A DNA stretch of 64,000 nucleotides from NCBI RefSeq assembly GCF_031769215.1, contig NW_026782006.1:972070-1036069 (forward strand), given 5' to 3'. Origin of the DNA: Ylistrum balloti (taxonomy: Eukaryota). Position 1 is the first letter of the stretch. Every line of letters starts with the position of its first letter. Under the pieces are notes generated by a model, which saw only the letters and a program-made list of their open reading frames with translations, had not been told where the DNA came from and did no database searches. This document shows, one piece after another, positions 38,701-51,714 of this stretch. The translations under genes and the position numbers were made by a program.

Positions 38701-41700
38701 ACTTGTCAGTATGGACAGATGTCTAGATATAAAACAACACTGACTTATCAGTATGGACAGATGTCTAGATATAAAACACACTGACTGATCAGTATGGACA
38801 GATATATAGATATAAAACAACACTGACTTGTCAGTATGGACAGATGTCTAGATATAAAACAACACTGACTTGTCAGTATGGACAGATGTCTAGATATAAA
38901 ACAACACTGACTTGTCAGTATGGACAGATGTCTAGATATAAAACAACACTGACTTGTCAGTATGGACAGATATATAGATATAAAACAACACTGACTTGTC
39001 AGTATGGACAGATGTCTAGATATAAAAAAAAACACTGACTGATCAGTATGGACAGATGTCTAGATATAAAACAACACTGACTTGTCAGTATGGACAGATG
39101 TCTAGATATAAAACAACACTGACTTGTCGGTATGGACAGATGTCTAGATATAAAACAACACTGAATTGTCAGTATGGATAGATGTCTAGATATAAAACAA
39201 CACAGACGTGTCAGTATGGACATATGTCTAGATATATGGACATATGTCTAGATATAAAACAACACTGACTTGTCAGTATGGACAGATGTCTAGATATAAA
39301 ACAACACAGACTTGTCAGTATGGACAGATGTCTAGATATAAAACAACACTGACTTGTCAGTATGGACAGATGTCTAGATATAAAACAACACTGACTTGTC
39401 AGTATGGACAGATGTCTAGAACTTGTCAGTATGGACAGATGATATATAGATATAAAACAACACTGACTTGTCAGTATGGACAGATGTCTAGATATAAAAC
39501 AACACAGACTTTTCAGTATGGACAGATGTCTAGATATAAAACAACACTGACTTGTCAGTATGGACAGATGTCTAGATATAAAACAACACTGACTCATCAG
39601 TATGGACAGATGTCTAGATATAAAACAACACAAACTCATCAGTATGGACAGATATATAGATATAAAACAACACTGACTTGTCAGTATGGACAGATGTATA
39701 GATATAAAACAACACTGACTTGTCAGTATGGACAGATGTCTAGATATAAAACAACACTGACTTGTCAGTATGGACAGATGTCTAGATATAAAACAACACT
39801 GACTTGTCAGTATGGACAGATGTCTAGATATAAAACAACACTGACTTGTCAGTATGGACAGATGTCTAGATATAAAACAACACTGACTTGTCAGTATGGA
39901 CAGATGTCTAGATATAAAAAAAAACACTGACTTGTCAGTATGGACAGATGTCTAGATATAAAACAACACTGACTTGTCAGTATGGACAGATATATAGATA
40001 TAAAACAACACTGACTTGTCAGTATGGACAGATATATAGATATAAAACAACACTGACTTGTCAGTATGGACAGATATATAGATATAAAACAACACTGACT
40101 TGTCAGTATGGACAGATGTCTAGATATAAAACAACACTGACTTGTCAGTATATGGACAGATAGATATAAAACAACACTGACTTGTCAGTATGGACAGATG
40201 TCTAGATATAAAACAACACAGACTTGTCAGTATGGACAGATATATAGATATAAAACAACACTGACTTGTCAGTATGGACTGATATATAGATATAAAACAA
40301 CACTGACCTGTCAGTATGGACAGATATATAGATATAAAACAACACTGACTTGTCAGTATGGACAGATATATAGATATAAAACAACACTGACTTGTCAGTA
40401 TGGACAGATATATAGATATAAAACAACACAGACTTGTCAGTATGGACAGATATATAGATATAAAACAACACTGACTTGTCAGTATGGACAGATATATAGA
40501 TATAAAACAACACTGACTTGTCAGTATGGACAGATGTCTAGATATAAAACAACACTGACTTGTCAGTATGGACAGATGTCTAGATATAAAACAACACAGT
40601 ATGGACAGATGTCTAGATATAAAACAACACTGACTTGTCAGTATGGACAGATGTCTAGATATAAAACAACACTGACTTGTCAGTATGGACAGATGTCTAG
40701 ATATAAAACAACACTGACTTGTCAGTATGGACAGATATCTAGATATAAAACTACACTGACTTGTCAGTATGGACAGATGTCTAGATATAAAACAACACTG
40801 ACTTGTCGGTATGGACAGATATATAGATATAAAACAACACTGACTTGTCAGTATGGACAGATGTCTAGATATAAAACAACACTGACTTGTCAGTATGGAC
40901 AGATGTATAGATATAAAACAACACTGACTTGTCAGTATGGACAGATATATAGATATAAAACAACACTGACTTGTCAGTATGGACAGATGTCTAGATATAA
41001 AACAACACTGACTTGTCAGTATGGACAGATATATAGATATAAAACAACACTGACTTGTCAGTATGGACAGATATATAGATATAAAACAACACAGACTTGT
41101 CAGTATGGACAGATATATAGATATAAAACAACACAGACTTGTCAGTATGGACAGATATATAGATATAAAACAACACTGACTTGTCAGTATGGACAGATAT
41201 ATAGATATAAAACAACACTGACTTGTCAGTATGGACAGATGTCTAGATATAAAACAACACTGACTTGTCAGTATGGACAGATTTATAGATATAAAACAAC
41301 ACTGACTTGTCAGTATGGACAGATGTCTAGTCTATTGATATAAAACAACACTGACTTGTCAGTATGGACAGATATATAGATATAAAACAACACTGACTTG
41401 TCAGTATGGACAGATGTCTAGATATAAAACAACACTGACTTGTCAGTATGGACAGATGTCTAGATATAAAACAACACAAACTCATCAGTATGGACAGATG
41501 TCTAGATATAAAACAACACTGACTTGTCGGTATGGACAGATGTCTAGATATAAAACAACACTGACTTGTCAGTATGGACAGATGTCTAGATATAAAACAA
41601 CACTGACTTGTCGGTATGGACAGATATATAGATATATAACAACACAAACTCATCAGTATGGACAAATGTATAGATATAAAACAACACTGACTTGTCGGTA

Positions 41701-41760
41701 TGGACAGATGTCTAGATATAAAACAACACTGACTTGTCAGTATGGACAGATGTCTAGAAT
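35760..41760. repeat. About 6 kb satellite with a 42-bp unit and about 140 copies (ggacagatgtctagatataaaacaacactgacttgtcagtat). It fills the intron between gene B exons
   Basis: Period 42. Two unit variants (gatgtctag and gatatatag) occur in blocks. Confidence 0.95.
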
Positions 41761-41783
41761 CCGACCATTCCTTATGAACTTAC

Positions 41784-42222
41784 GCTTGCTTGTACTGGCC
41801 ATTATTTCTTCCATTGACATTTCCAGTGAACTTGGTTTCCTTGAAAAGACATCTTCTGAAGACCCTGAAGTATTTGATGTTAGTCTAGGTCGTTCAAGAA
41901 TCTCAAATGATTCTTGTCTGGACAAACGTCGAGAGCGTACACTTGCTCCACTGACGTATCCGGACTCCTGGCGTTCATATCTTTCTTTATTTCGGTAAAC
42001 TGGAGTTGGGAAGTGCTGGGTGTCATCAATAGTCTTCCTTACATCTACTTGTAACTCCTTATTCTTTTTGGAATCAGAAGAGTACTGAGAACTGTCCGTC
42101 TCTTTTTCATTTGTCAGATCGTCACTGCTGTAACTCTCCTCTGCACTATCAAGCAAACTATCAGAATCTTCAGAACTCACGCTACAGTTGGATACAATAG
42201 TCGATGGTATACATTCAAATCT
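41784..42222 (-). CDS. Gene B exon (minus). Ser/Asp/Glu-rich: RFECIPSTIVSNCSVSSEDSDSLLDSAEESYSSDDLTNEKETDSSQYSSDSKKNKELQVDVRKTIDDTQHFPTPVYRNKERYERQESGYVSGASVRSRRLSRQESFEILERPRLTSNTSGSSEDVFSRKPSSLEMSMEEIMASTSK
   Basis: On the minus strand: acceptor tctacatttacag|AGATTTG. Donor AGCAAGC|gtaagtt. 146-codon open frame. Phase 0 in, phase 1 out. Confidence 0.65.
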
Positions 42223-42439
42223 CTGTAAATGTAGAACATAAACATGCATTTTCGTAAGATCGTGCCATATGTGAATGAAATATATAAAATTCTAATTAAG
42301 TCTGTGAATTCCTATCATGTAAATGTATTTATTCATTTGTTCTTTATTTTTCTTTCTAATCATTTAACGAGTTTCGTTTCAGTCCCGCAACATGAAAATG
42401 AAAAAAAACATAAGTCAACCTTCCTGATGTGTCTATGAC

Positions 42440-43900
42440 CTACAACTATAGAAAGGTGTCGACTCTCCTGATGTGTTTATGACCTACAACTATAGGATGG
42501 TGTCGACTCTCCTGATGTCTCTGACCTACAACTATAGGATGGTGTCGACTCTCCTGATGTGTCTATGACCTACAAATATATGATGGTGTCGACTCTCCTG
42601 ATGTCTATGACCTACAACTATAGGATGGTGTCGACTCTCTTGATGTGTCTATGACCTACAACTGTATGATGGTGTCGACTCTTCTGATGTGTATGACCTA
42701 CAACTATAGGATGGTGTCGACTCTCTTGATGTGTCTATGACCTACAACTACAGGATGGTGTCGACTCTCCTGATGTCTATGACCTACAACTATAGGATGG
42801 TGTCGACTCTGCTGATGTGTCTATGACCTACAACTATAGGATGGTGTCGACTCTGCTGATGTGTCTATGACCTACAACTATAGGATGGTGTCGACTCTCC
42901 TGATGTCTATGACCTACAACTATAGGATGGTGTAAGCTCTCTTGATGTGTCTATGACCTACAAATATAGGATGGTGTCGACTCTGCTGATGTGTATGACC
43001 TACAACTATAGGATGGTGTAAGCTCTCTTGATGTGTCTATGACCTACAACTATAGGATGGTGTAAGCTCTCTTGATGTGTCTACGACCTACAACTGTATG
43101 ATGGTGTCGACTCTTCTGATGTGTATGACCTACAACTATAGGATGGTGTCATCTCTCCTGATGTGTATATGACCTACAACTTTATGATGGTGTTGACCCT
43201 CCTAAAGTGTCTGACCTACAACTACAGGAAGGTGTCGACTCTCCTGATGTGTCTATGACCTACAACTATAGGATGGTGTCGACTCTCCTGATGTGTCTAT
43301 GGCCTACAACTATAGAAAGGTGTCGACTTTCTTGATGTGTCTATGATCTACAACTGTAGGATGGTGTCGACTCTCCTGATGTCTATGACTTACAACTATA
43401 GGATGGTGTCGACTCTCCTGATGTCTATGACCTACAACTATAGGATGGTGTCGACTCTCCTGATGTCTATGACTTACAACTATAGGATGGTGTCGACTCT
43501 CCTGATGTCTATGACCTACAACTATAGGATGGTGTCGACTCTCCTGATGTCTATGACCTACAACTATAGGATGGTGTCGACTCTCTTGAGGTGTCTATGA
43601 CATACAACTACAGGATGGTGTCGACTCTCTTGATGTCTATGACCTACAACTGTAGGATTGAGTCGACTCTCTTGATGTGTCTATGACATACAACTATAGG
43701 ATGGTGTCGACTCTCCTGATGTGTCTATGACCTACAACTACAGGAAGGTGTCGAACTCTCTTGATGTGTCTATGACCTACAATTACAGGATGGTGTCGAC
43801 TCTCCTGATGTGTCTATGACCTACAACTATAGGATTGAGTCGACTCTCTTGATGTGTCTACGACATACAACTACAGGATGGTGTCGACTATCCAGATGTT
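42440..43900. repeat. 42-45 bp minisatellite of about 33 copies (ctgatgtgtctatgacctacaactataggatggtgtcgactctc). It fills the gene B X1-X2 intron
   Basis: Direct repeats. Confidence 0.9.
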
Positions 43901-43937
43901 CCCGTGACGCCTTGGATGTTATATGTCTTCTTCTTAC

Positions 43938-44116
43938 CGAATACTCCTGTTGTAACCGGGATTTCCTGTTTGCGTCTGTTCTTTTGACAGCTAGTAGGTG
44001 GAATCTCTTGATGTCAGGATATTCATCATGATCTGTGGGCATCCCTCCTTCCATCATCTTTTCCATTGTTTTGTCATAGTAAGTGACAGATTGTTGAAGG
44101 AGGCTATAACCTTCAG
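43938..44116 (-). CDS. Gene B exon (minus). Peptide ..EGYSLLQQSVTYYDKTMEKMMEGGMPTDHDEYPDIKRFHLLAVKRTDANRKSRLQQEYS
   Basis: On the minus strand: acceptor cttaaacag|CTGAAGG (plus 44117-44118). Donor TATTCG|gtaaga (plus 43932-43937). Ends phase 0, matching the next exon. Confidence 0.55.
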
Positions 44117-45974
44117 CTGTTTAAGACACAAATATTTTATAAAAAAGTTAAGACTTTGTGATATATGATCATTGGTCTGTGATCCATCACTAATTTAACA
44201 TTACGTTCACTTTCAGAGATGATGTAGAACAATTCAAACATTTGTTCCATATCATCTTTGATAGTGAACTTTAACTTTGCACAAAGTCACTGATATAGGC
44301 AACCTCTCTTATTGTTTTCATGTATCTGATCACTTCAAAAGAGCATCAATATCAATCTGCATTGTCTACCGCATGTGATCTGGAAGACTTATAAAAGACA
44401 CACAAGTGAATAACACTTTTTAATACAGATTTAGAACGAGATACATTAGAACCAAAGAAACTGCCATGATCTTCACTCATGCATAGAAACCAATATTTTA
44501 CTTTCACAACAGTAATAACTATGGGCGTACATAGATAACAAGAGTCCTAGTGGACTTGATGGTCTTATCAGATAAGCCCCGTCCTCGGGCCACTGTGGGG
44601 TTGGGAATGTATAATTCACATTTTCGCTCATATTAGGCCTGAGAAGGTTTCTGAAAAATTTCACTGAAACTGATCAGAGGTTTTTGAGAAAAATTCAAAA
44701 ATTGTTTACGGACGCACGGTGCACAGCCCACGATGCACGATGCCGGTCGAAAATGAGCCAATCAGGTCACAGCAGTCTCATTAAATATGTGCAGAATTTG
44801 CCGATAATCAATGGATAAAGGTAACAAGCGTAACAACCCAGTTCCATAAAAACAGTCCCTCAAAAGATATCATGCAGAAAGCAGTATCCGGACGGACGGT
44901 CGGATGGACGAAAGGGACCCATTTGAATACCCCCTCCATATTCGTCGGGCGGGGGATAAAAAGTACGATAACTTGAACTACATTCAATTTGACCGATTTT
45001 TGGCTCCGCCCATCAGCCCCTGGGGTCAACCGAGGTCAATATATGCTTCTCATCAAACTGTCAGTTTTTCTTATAATTCTAACCAAATTTGAACTATTTC
45101 TGAAAGAAAATAAAAAAAATGCTCAAAAATAAAATTTTCCTACATAAAATATTGTAAATTCTATCCCCTCCCCAAGTGGAAATTAGAGACCCTAGGATTA
45201 TGAAATTTACTATTTTGGTAACGCACCGTAAGACACGTCCATGCATGAAGAGTATTTGGTTATATTTTTCTCTGGGTATTGAGAAGAAGATTTAAAAGAA
45301 TTCAGTCAAATTGACCCGTTTTTGACCCCGCCAGTCAGCCGGGGTCACTATAAGCATTTTAAATTGCCATCTTACACTTATAATTCCTACTTAGTCTAAA
45401 ATATTTCCAATAGAAAATAAACAAATTCAAAATGTTCAAAAATATAATTTTCCTATATAAAATATATTAAATTTAACCCCTGTTTCAATCATTCCTACCC
45501 ATTTTTTGCCCCGCCCCTCAGGCTCCTTGGGTTTGGGGACCATACCAATTAGAGTTTGGGAAGCCTTTAGCCATGGATGATTTTTGTTAAATTTCATTGA
45601 AATCGGTTCCGGCGTTTTCCAGAAGAAGTCCGAAATATTAAAAGTTTACGACGCACGTCGCCGGGATCGCAATAAGTCACCCTGAGATTTTGTCATATTA
45701 TTGCATGGCGAGCTCTGGCCACCGGACAATAAAAATTTTCCACTTCTGTATAAGGTTTCTATCTTTTTACCATCAGATATTCGACCCCGTTATGTAAGGA
45801 TTTCGGAATTAGAAAATTGATGCCTTAATCCAGTGCTCCCCATTTTGACCAGTATCAGCAACACTCTGAATTTCTCTGGTCAATTCCAGCGAGTTTGAAG
45901 AAGTAGACAACGTGTTAAGCCGACAAAACCAAATGGTCACATAACCTAACTATGGACACGAAACAAACCATTGA

Positions 45975-47606
45975 TTAAGTGTAACATGAATACGAACCTA
46001 TTTTATCGTCACGGATCCTCTGGTCTCCCCAGTTAAACAGGATACGGGCAATAAGGCTATAACTTAATGTCAAATACACATGGGGCTCCTTCAGAATCTT
46101 TTCTCGTACTTCAAGACTTTTTTTTGCATCAGCTTTTGCTTCCTCATACCTTTTTAATTGAAGGTACAAGATTGATCTGTTTCTCAAAGCTTCAGCATGA
46201 TCGTCTGTGTTATCTGTGCCACGCCTTCTTCCCTCTGCTATTGCCCTGTCGAAATGTTCCAGAGTCTCGTTAATGTACTGATCACGTGATGAATCTTTTG
46301 AAGTATTATCCAATATTTCTTTTAACAAACAAACAGCGCGGTTGTTCCTGAACCGATCTACATCTGGATGCTCTTCTTCAGTAAAACGTCTCCATAGAGA
46401 TGCCCTTTCTATTGCCTCTTCATGATACTTTCTGCATTTGTCATTGTCGTAGAGATAGAAATAACAACCAAGGTCATTAAAGACATTGGCAAGAATCATA
46501 TTTAGATTTTCATTCCTCTCCATTACCTGTTGGAGTTCTTTGTCCTCTAAATACTTCTTTGCTCTGTCCAAGCTTTTTAAGATATCATGTCGTCTTTCAA
46601 TTTTTCTGAAGTAAATAGCTTTCCTGTAGTAGTAGTTTCCTAGAGCTACTTTTATGGCGGTGTCGGATCTGCTGTTGGCCTCATCAAGTTTTTCTTCGGT
46701 AACATGTATAATGTCAGATATGCGTGTAGTATCATCCATTTCAGTCAGCAACTGTATCATGTAGCCACGGAAAAAGAACAATTTATCGATTTCGTTATTT
46801 TGCTCCGCTTTGTGTGTTACCCACTCAAGCCATCGCAGCTGTCTGTTTTGTGTAAGGGTACGTCTTCCTATCGCCAATATTCTGTTTGACGCTTGGATGT
46901 TTGACCGGCCAGTGTCATAATCATCTGTAATTTCCTGTATCATATCAAAATAGCTCTGGACATGTACGTTATACTCTCTCATGTAAGATCCAACACTGTA
47001 GTAAGAATTTTCTTGTTCCTTTCCTATAATTCCAATGATATTTTCCATGTACTCCACAAACCTTATTCTGGCGGGCTCCATGACATTTGAAAACTCACTT
47101 TTACGTTGAATTAGAAATTCAAACATTCGAGGATGAAGAGAGTACAGGATGTTTCTGTCACTGTCTCCCAAACCTGGAGGTCTTTCTTGTGTTGTGTTCC
47201 GCTCCAAGTTTCCCTCTGTCTGAACAGTCATATCGTGGATTTCAATGAGATGACGGCTTTTCAAGTGGAATAGATTCATCTTTGTATTAAGAACTGGTGA
47301 ATATGGAGCATTGTCTTCCTTCAGAACGGCATCGGCTGCATCAATGTCAAAGGATGAGGTCTTGAACAAAGTAAGCTGCATCAGAATGTTCTTCATGTTT
47401 TCGTCAAGTCTATCATAACTCTCCTGGAGGCATTTCTCCATTCTGTCCATGTTGATTACTCTATTTTTTCTCAGATGATTAATAATTTCAACTGGTTTCA
47501 CCTGTCTACAGCAGCTTCTCAGAATACTACATATTGTTCGTAAAGCTAGAGGAATGCCATCAGTCAGTGTAACAAGACTGTCGCATTCTGCTTCTGAGAC
47601 TAAGTC
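45975..47606 (-). CDS. Gene C terminal exon (minus), 543 codons plus stop. DLVSEAECDSLVTLTDGIPLAL (a GxP/GLPL-like motif), a winged-helix-like stretch, then a TPR-like helical repeat region (…ALGNYYYRKAIYFRKI…LGCYFYLYDNDKCRKYHEEAIERA…)
   Basis: On the minus strand: acceptor catgtctcttcag|GACTTAGTC (plus 47607-47608). The ORF-track ATG at 47618 has an in-frame TAA two codons upstream, so the region behaves as an internal exon. Long open frame to the stop at plus 45975-45977. Confidence 0.75.
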   Translation of the reverse strand, partial: DLVSEAECDSLVTLTDGIPLALRTICSILRSCCRQVKPVEIINHLRKNRVINMDRMEKCLQESYDRLDENMKNILMQLTLFKTSSFDIDAADAVLKEDNAPYSPVLNTKMNLFHLKSRHLIEIHDMTVQTEGNLERNTTQERPPGLGDSDRNILYSLHPRMFEFLIQRKSEFSNVMEPARIRFVEYMENIIGIIGKEQENSYYSVGSYMREYNVHVQSYFDMIQEITDDYDTGRSNIQASNRILAIGRRTLTQNRQLRWLEWVTHKAEQNNEIDKLFFFRGYMIQLLTEMDDTTRISDIIHVTEEKLDEANSRSDTAIKVALGNYYYRKAIYFRKIERRHDILKSLDRAKKYLEDKELQQVMERNENLNMILANVFNDLGCYFYLYDNDKCRKYHEEAIERASLWRRFTEEEHPDVDRFRNNRAVCLLKEILDNTSKDSSRDQYINETLEHFDRAIAEGRRRGTDNTDDHAEALRNRSILYLQLKRYEEAKADAKKSLEVREKILKEPHVYLTLSYSLIARILFNWGDQRIRDDKIGSYSCYT

Positions 47607-48099
47607 CTGAAGAGACATGAATTAAGTGCATTTTACTGTCAACCGTACTAAACTGAGCACATTTCAGTCCTTACCTTTACATGCAAATTAATTCAAATCA
47701 GAATAAGTATCAAATTGGTGTTAAAGGCAACACTTATTTACTGGATAACATCTTTTATTTGTTACTTAATATGCTCAACAAAAAAGAAACGCTCAAAGTC
47801 CCCCTGCAGTTCACCTTAGCTGGAAGGAAATACTGAAATATTTGGTCAGATATTACATCAAGAATTATCACCCTTCTCATCATTCTACCCTTGAATCATC
47901 CAAGCATGACGATGTCATTGTCTGATTTAATGAGCTACCTAAGTCCAAATCACGCGGCGTGATCAAACCAAGCCTAATTGGTTTTTCAAACGAATAATTT
48001 CAACGGATACTCTAAGTTCAGCCACGTTGGCATTTTGATTTCTCCATTGACCGAAATGCTATGCTTAACGCAAATTCAGAAGGGTAGCACAACTGCGAT

Positions 48100-48850
48100 G
48101 TTGATGGATGGTCATAGCCAAACTGCTGTCGCACGGTAGTTTGGCAATACCCCGTGTACAATTAACCGTCTATACACTTTTCCATGCTACTGGGTTAGTT
48201 TCCCATCGTCACAGGAGTGGTCTTCCGCGTGTAACGACCGCACGACAAGAGAGGACGATTCGATTGCCGCATTTGCACAACAGATTCAGAACTGCTATAG
48301 AGACTGTGTCGCGTACCTAAGGTACTCATGGCATACTTATTAGTGCTCAAACTTCCAGGAACCGCTTGAGTGCCGATATAATCATTGCGTGCTGACCTTA
48401 TGTCAGGTCACCTCTGACTCCACGGAGGCGGCAAGTGCGTCTTGACTGAATGCGCAGATATGACCCGAATAGGGTTTGGATGCGTCGGTGGAGGCGTGTG
48501 ATGTTCACTGACGAGTCTAGATACTGTCTGTATCGGTCAGACGGAAGAAAAAAAAGCATATCGCAGACGCGTTGAGCGTGTTGCCGACGCATGCGTGGTT
48601 GAACGCGATGTATTCGGTGGGGCTTCTGTAATGGCAAGTGTTGCATATTGCCAGATTCTGACGTACTTTACTCATGGCAACTACGTTCAGCCTCTAGAAT
48701 TGCCCCAAAATAACCCCGACATGTCTCCCATCGAGCATCTGTGGGGTGATCTGGACAGGCGTAGTAGGAAACGTCCAGTTGATCGCAGCATTAACACAAG
48801 AATGGAACAAAATTCCCTTGAGGCGAATTAATGTTCTCATGAATTCAATA
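48100..48850 (+). pseudogene. Tc1-like transposase pseudogene (frameshifted), antisense inside a gene C intron
   Basis: Fragments read GLPRVTTARQERTIRL..NRFRTA; then W..VMFTDESRYCLYRSDGRK..; then GGASVMA...NNPDMSPIEHLWGDLDRR. These are canonical Tc1 motifs, split across three frames. Confidence 0.7.
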
Positions 48851-49313
48851 CATAAGAGACTCCGTGTAGAGAATCGTGTCTCCACACCTGGTACTTAATT
48901 GTCATTTTGTTTTTTGCGGATATCCCACTTTGAGTAACTACTGACGACACGAGCGACGTCACACAGACTTTTCTTCTGCAATATTGTAAATAGTAGACTT
49001 GTCCCTTCATATATTTTAATTGTGCGTTTCTTTTTTGGTTGAGTATATTTTTATGCGATTGTGCTCTACACAGACAGCTACCAAACATCAAATCAAGTTT
49101 ATGAATAAATTTAATACGTTAAAATTGTGTTGAATATTTATTACATTTTCAAGCTTTCTAGACTTTTTCTTCAATTTCTCACAATGTTTTGATAACCATT
49201 TTGGAATATCTAATAACATATTTGATTATATAAAGAAACGAACGTTCAAGCTATAAGGGCAGTGAAATATCTTGCTGATGAAGTCATTCATCGTGCCCAA
49301 ATTGTCTTTATAC

Positions 49314-49460
49314 CTTGGGAGTACACTTTCTGATTAGCTCCTTTGCGGGATGCCTGTCTAACGGTCCAACTTCCAAATTACGTATTAAATCCCTCATGTG
49401 AGGCATTGTTCTTTCGAAGATGTCACGCAGGTTTACACGGTTTGTAACGATGATACGGAC
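49314..49460 (-). CDS. Gene C exon 5 (minus). VRIIVTNRVNLRDIFERTMPHMRDLIRNLEVGPLDRHPAKELIRKCTPK, an RNBS-B-like hhhhTxR motif (VRIIVTNR)
   Basis: On the minus strand: acceptor ttcttttgacag|GTCCGT. Donor CCCAAG|gtataaag. Phase 0 in and out. Its 26-aa spacing from Walker B is typical for an NB-ARC domain. Confidence 0.7.
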
Positions 49461-51714
49461 CTGTCAAAAGAATAACACCAGTGGACTATGATCCCACTCA
49501 TCCTTATATTATCAACACCAACGAACTATGAAACAAGCCAGAGCTATTACTTAAGGAGGGTTGTCAATAACACTATATGTTGGCACGAAAATGGCCCAGA
49601 ATCGTGAATAGAAATGACATAGGGTTGTGAGCAACACCAAAGCACTTCCCTGAAATGACATTAGACAGTGAGAAACACAATACCTGCTCCCGGTAATGAT
49701 ACATGTTTGATAGCAAAACTAGACATGTTCCCAAAAATACCACGATCATTCGAGGAACCTAGCGCAAACGTTAAAAATCATCTCAGGCGGATTTTCAACA
49801 GTACCAAAAAACTGTAAATAAAGGTGGATATTTAGGGTTTAAAAATGAAATGCTTTAATGAAATCAACCCAAGGACAGAAAACAATTCAGGAAAAAAACC
49901 AAATAAGTGACAGGTAACTTTGTTGTAACATGAAGAATTTTAACAAAACTTTAGAAATGAACCGACAGTTAGGATCAAATATGGCGGAATCCCTATGGTG
50001 TTTTTCTGAGAAGTGTCTTTCTTTTGAGAAAGACGGACAGATCCACAATACCGCATGGAATTCCCCTTCCTGACTTCACATTGGACATTTTAAAAACCCA
50101 TCCGAATAGGCTTGACATAGAACACCACAGAGGTAAGAATTAAAACCAAACCTTTGAACAGCAAGGTGCTGATACAACTGGCTATGTAATGCGCCTTACG
50201 CTTTAGAGGCAAATTAGTGAACTGTGACCAGGGGGATCGCTTTGGTATAATTGAAGTCATTTCACTCAAAACCCCTATCCTCCGAAAGTTTCAAATGGGA
50301 AAATGAACAATGGTATTTTATAAGGGATAAATTGTGTCACAAAACAAAGACATATCCGATAAGAAATTCAAAATGCGTACAAGAAGGTCACACATTCTTG
50401 GAATGTCCAAAAGATTGGAAGTGTTGGGTCTGTGGGGATACTGAACACGAACAAACGGACAGTAAGTTCATTTAACAAGTCTACACTCCATTCTCAAACC
50501 TGATAATACAAGCAAGTGCGCTAACACGAGAGACGCAGTCAACGTTGACGAGGTAAACACAGTCGTACCAGGACAGGACGACAAATTATTCAACATATTA
50601 TGAACCTAACGACAACATGACGAAAAGCGTACTCAAGGACAACCTGTCGACAAAATAGCTGGTTAGCGACATGCTCGTTGCATTTTGACCAGACGCAAAG
50701 ACCAAGATATGCCATTCATCAATAAAACATTGCGACCGTAATGAACTCCTGATATACTACTTCCACCCCAGTAAGACGAACGGTATCTACCAACACCTTA
50801 CGAAGACTTCATGAAAATAAAAAAAATACATGACAAATGAACGACAAACACAGGTGTCTTAACAAGAATTCACAAACAAGGCAATATCTTATCGAAGAAA
50901 AAGTACCAATACTAATGTCACCGAGGTCTTCGAAACAAGTGTTTGAATGGTAGTTTCTGAGAAAACAACAGCAGAGGTGTAACAATAATCAGGAACACAC
51001 TCATCAATGTGATTTACAGAAGGAAATCATTGATGGAAAAGGAAGTTGCATTTTATTTCACGGTGACATTAATGATATACTCTTTTTTATCGTGAATGTG
51101 TATGCGATAAATTGCGAGCAAACTGGAAACTTTTTTTACAACAAACAAAAGCAAATAATATCCAATAAAGTAGGTTTTTACTTGTCGGAGATTTTCAGAG
51201 AAATCATCACGAAAGTACAGTATACGTGGCGACGTAACAAAAAGCCAGCAGAATTGATTAATTCTGAGTAAGTAATGATACAATTAACATGGTCAAAAGT
51301 GTAGTTTTCAACAGATCTCAAGCTGTATATCTTAAATTAGAAAGATAGATAGAGGTCCTGGTATATGGAATATAAACACAAGTGCAAAATGAAGGATATA
51401 AGGTACTAATTAGTAGTGATTTAATTGAGAAATATTTCTATGTGCGATCGATATGAAGTTGGACGTGTTTGATACTCGTAAATTTGCCTTTTGGTTCTGT
51501 TGTTGAATGATTTGTATACATGACGCTTACTTTCCCGGAACACCTGGACTTACTCTACTTTTTTTATCTTCTATGTTTATGTTGACATGTTGGTATTTTC
51601 TTCGTCTCCTTGTTTTTTGTTATTGTTGTTTTTTATCTTAGGTTGTACAAAAACACACAAGTGAAAAACACCTTTCCATAATCTAGAGTGAGACACAGCA
51701 GAGCCAAACACTGA

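Noticed and set aside
35731-41665. Many ORFs of 100-381 aa (MSRYKTTLTCQYGQ…, CCFISRHLSILTSQ…)
   Set aside because: They are translations of the 42-bp (14-codon) satellite on both strands.
47607-47618. ATG at 47618 as the start of an independent 547-aa protein
   Set aside because: An in-frame TAA lies two codons upstream. A strong acceptor (catgtctcttcag|) sits at 47607. The upstream exons supply the P-loop, Walker B and RNBS-B in phase. It therefore behaves as an internal exon.
50251-50475. ORF with a CWVCGDTEH zinc-knuckle-like motif
   Set aside because: It is a single imperfect CCHC-like string in an intron. No gag, protease or RT context is visible, so it is too weak to call a retroelement.
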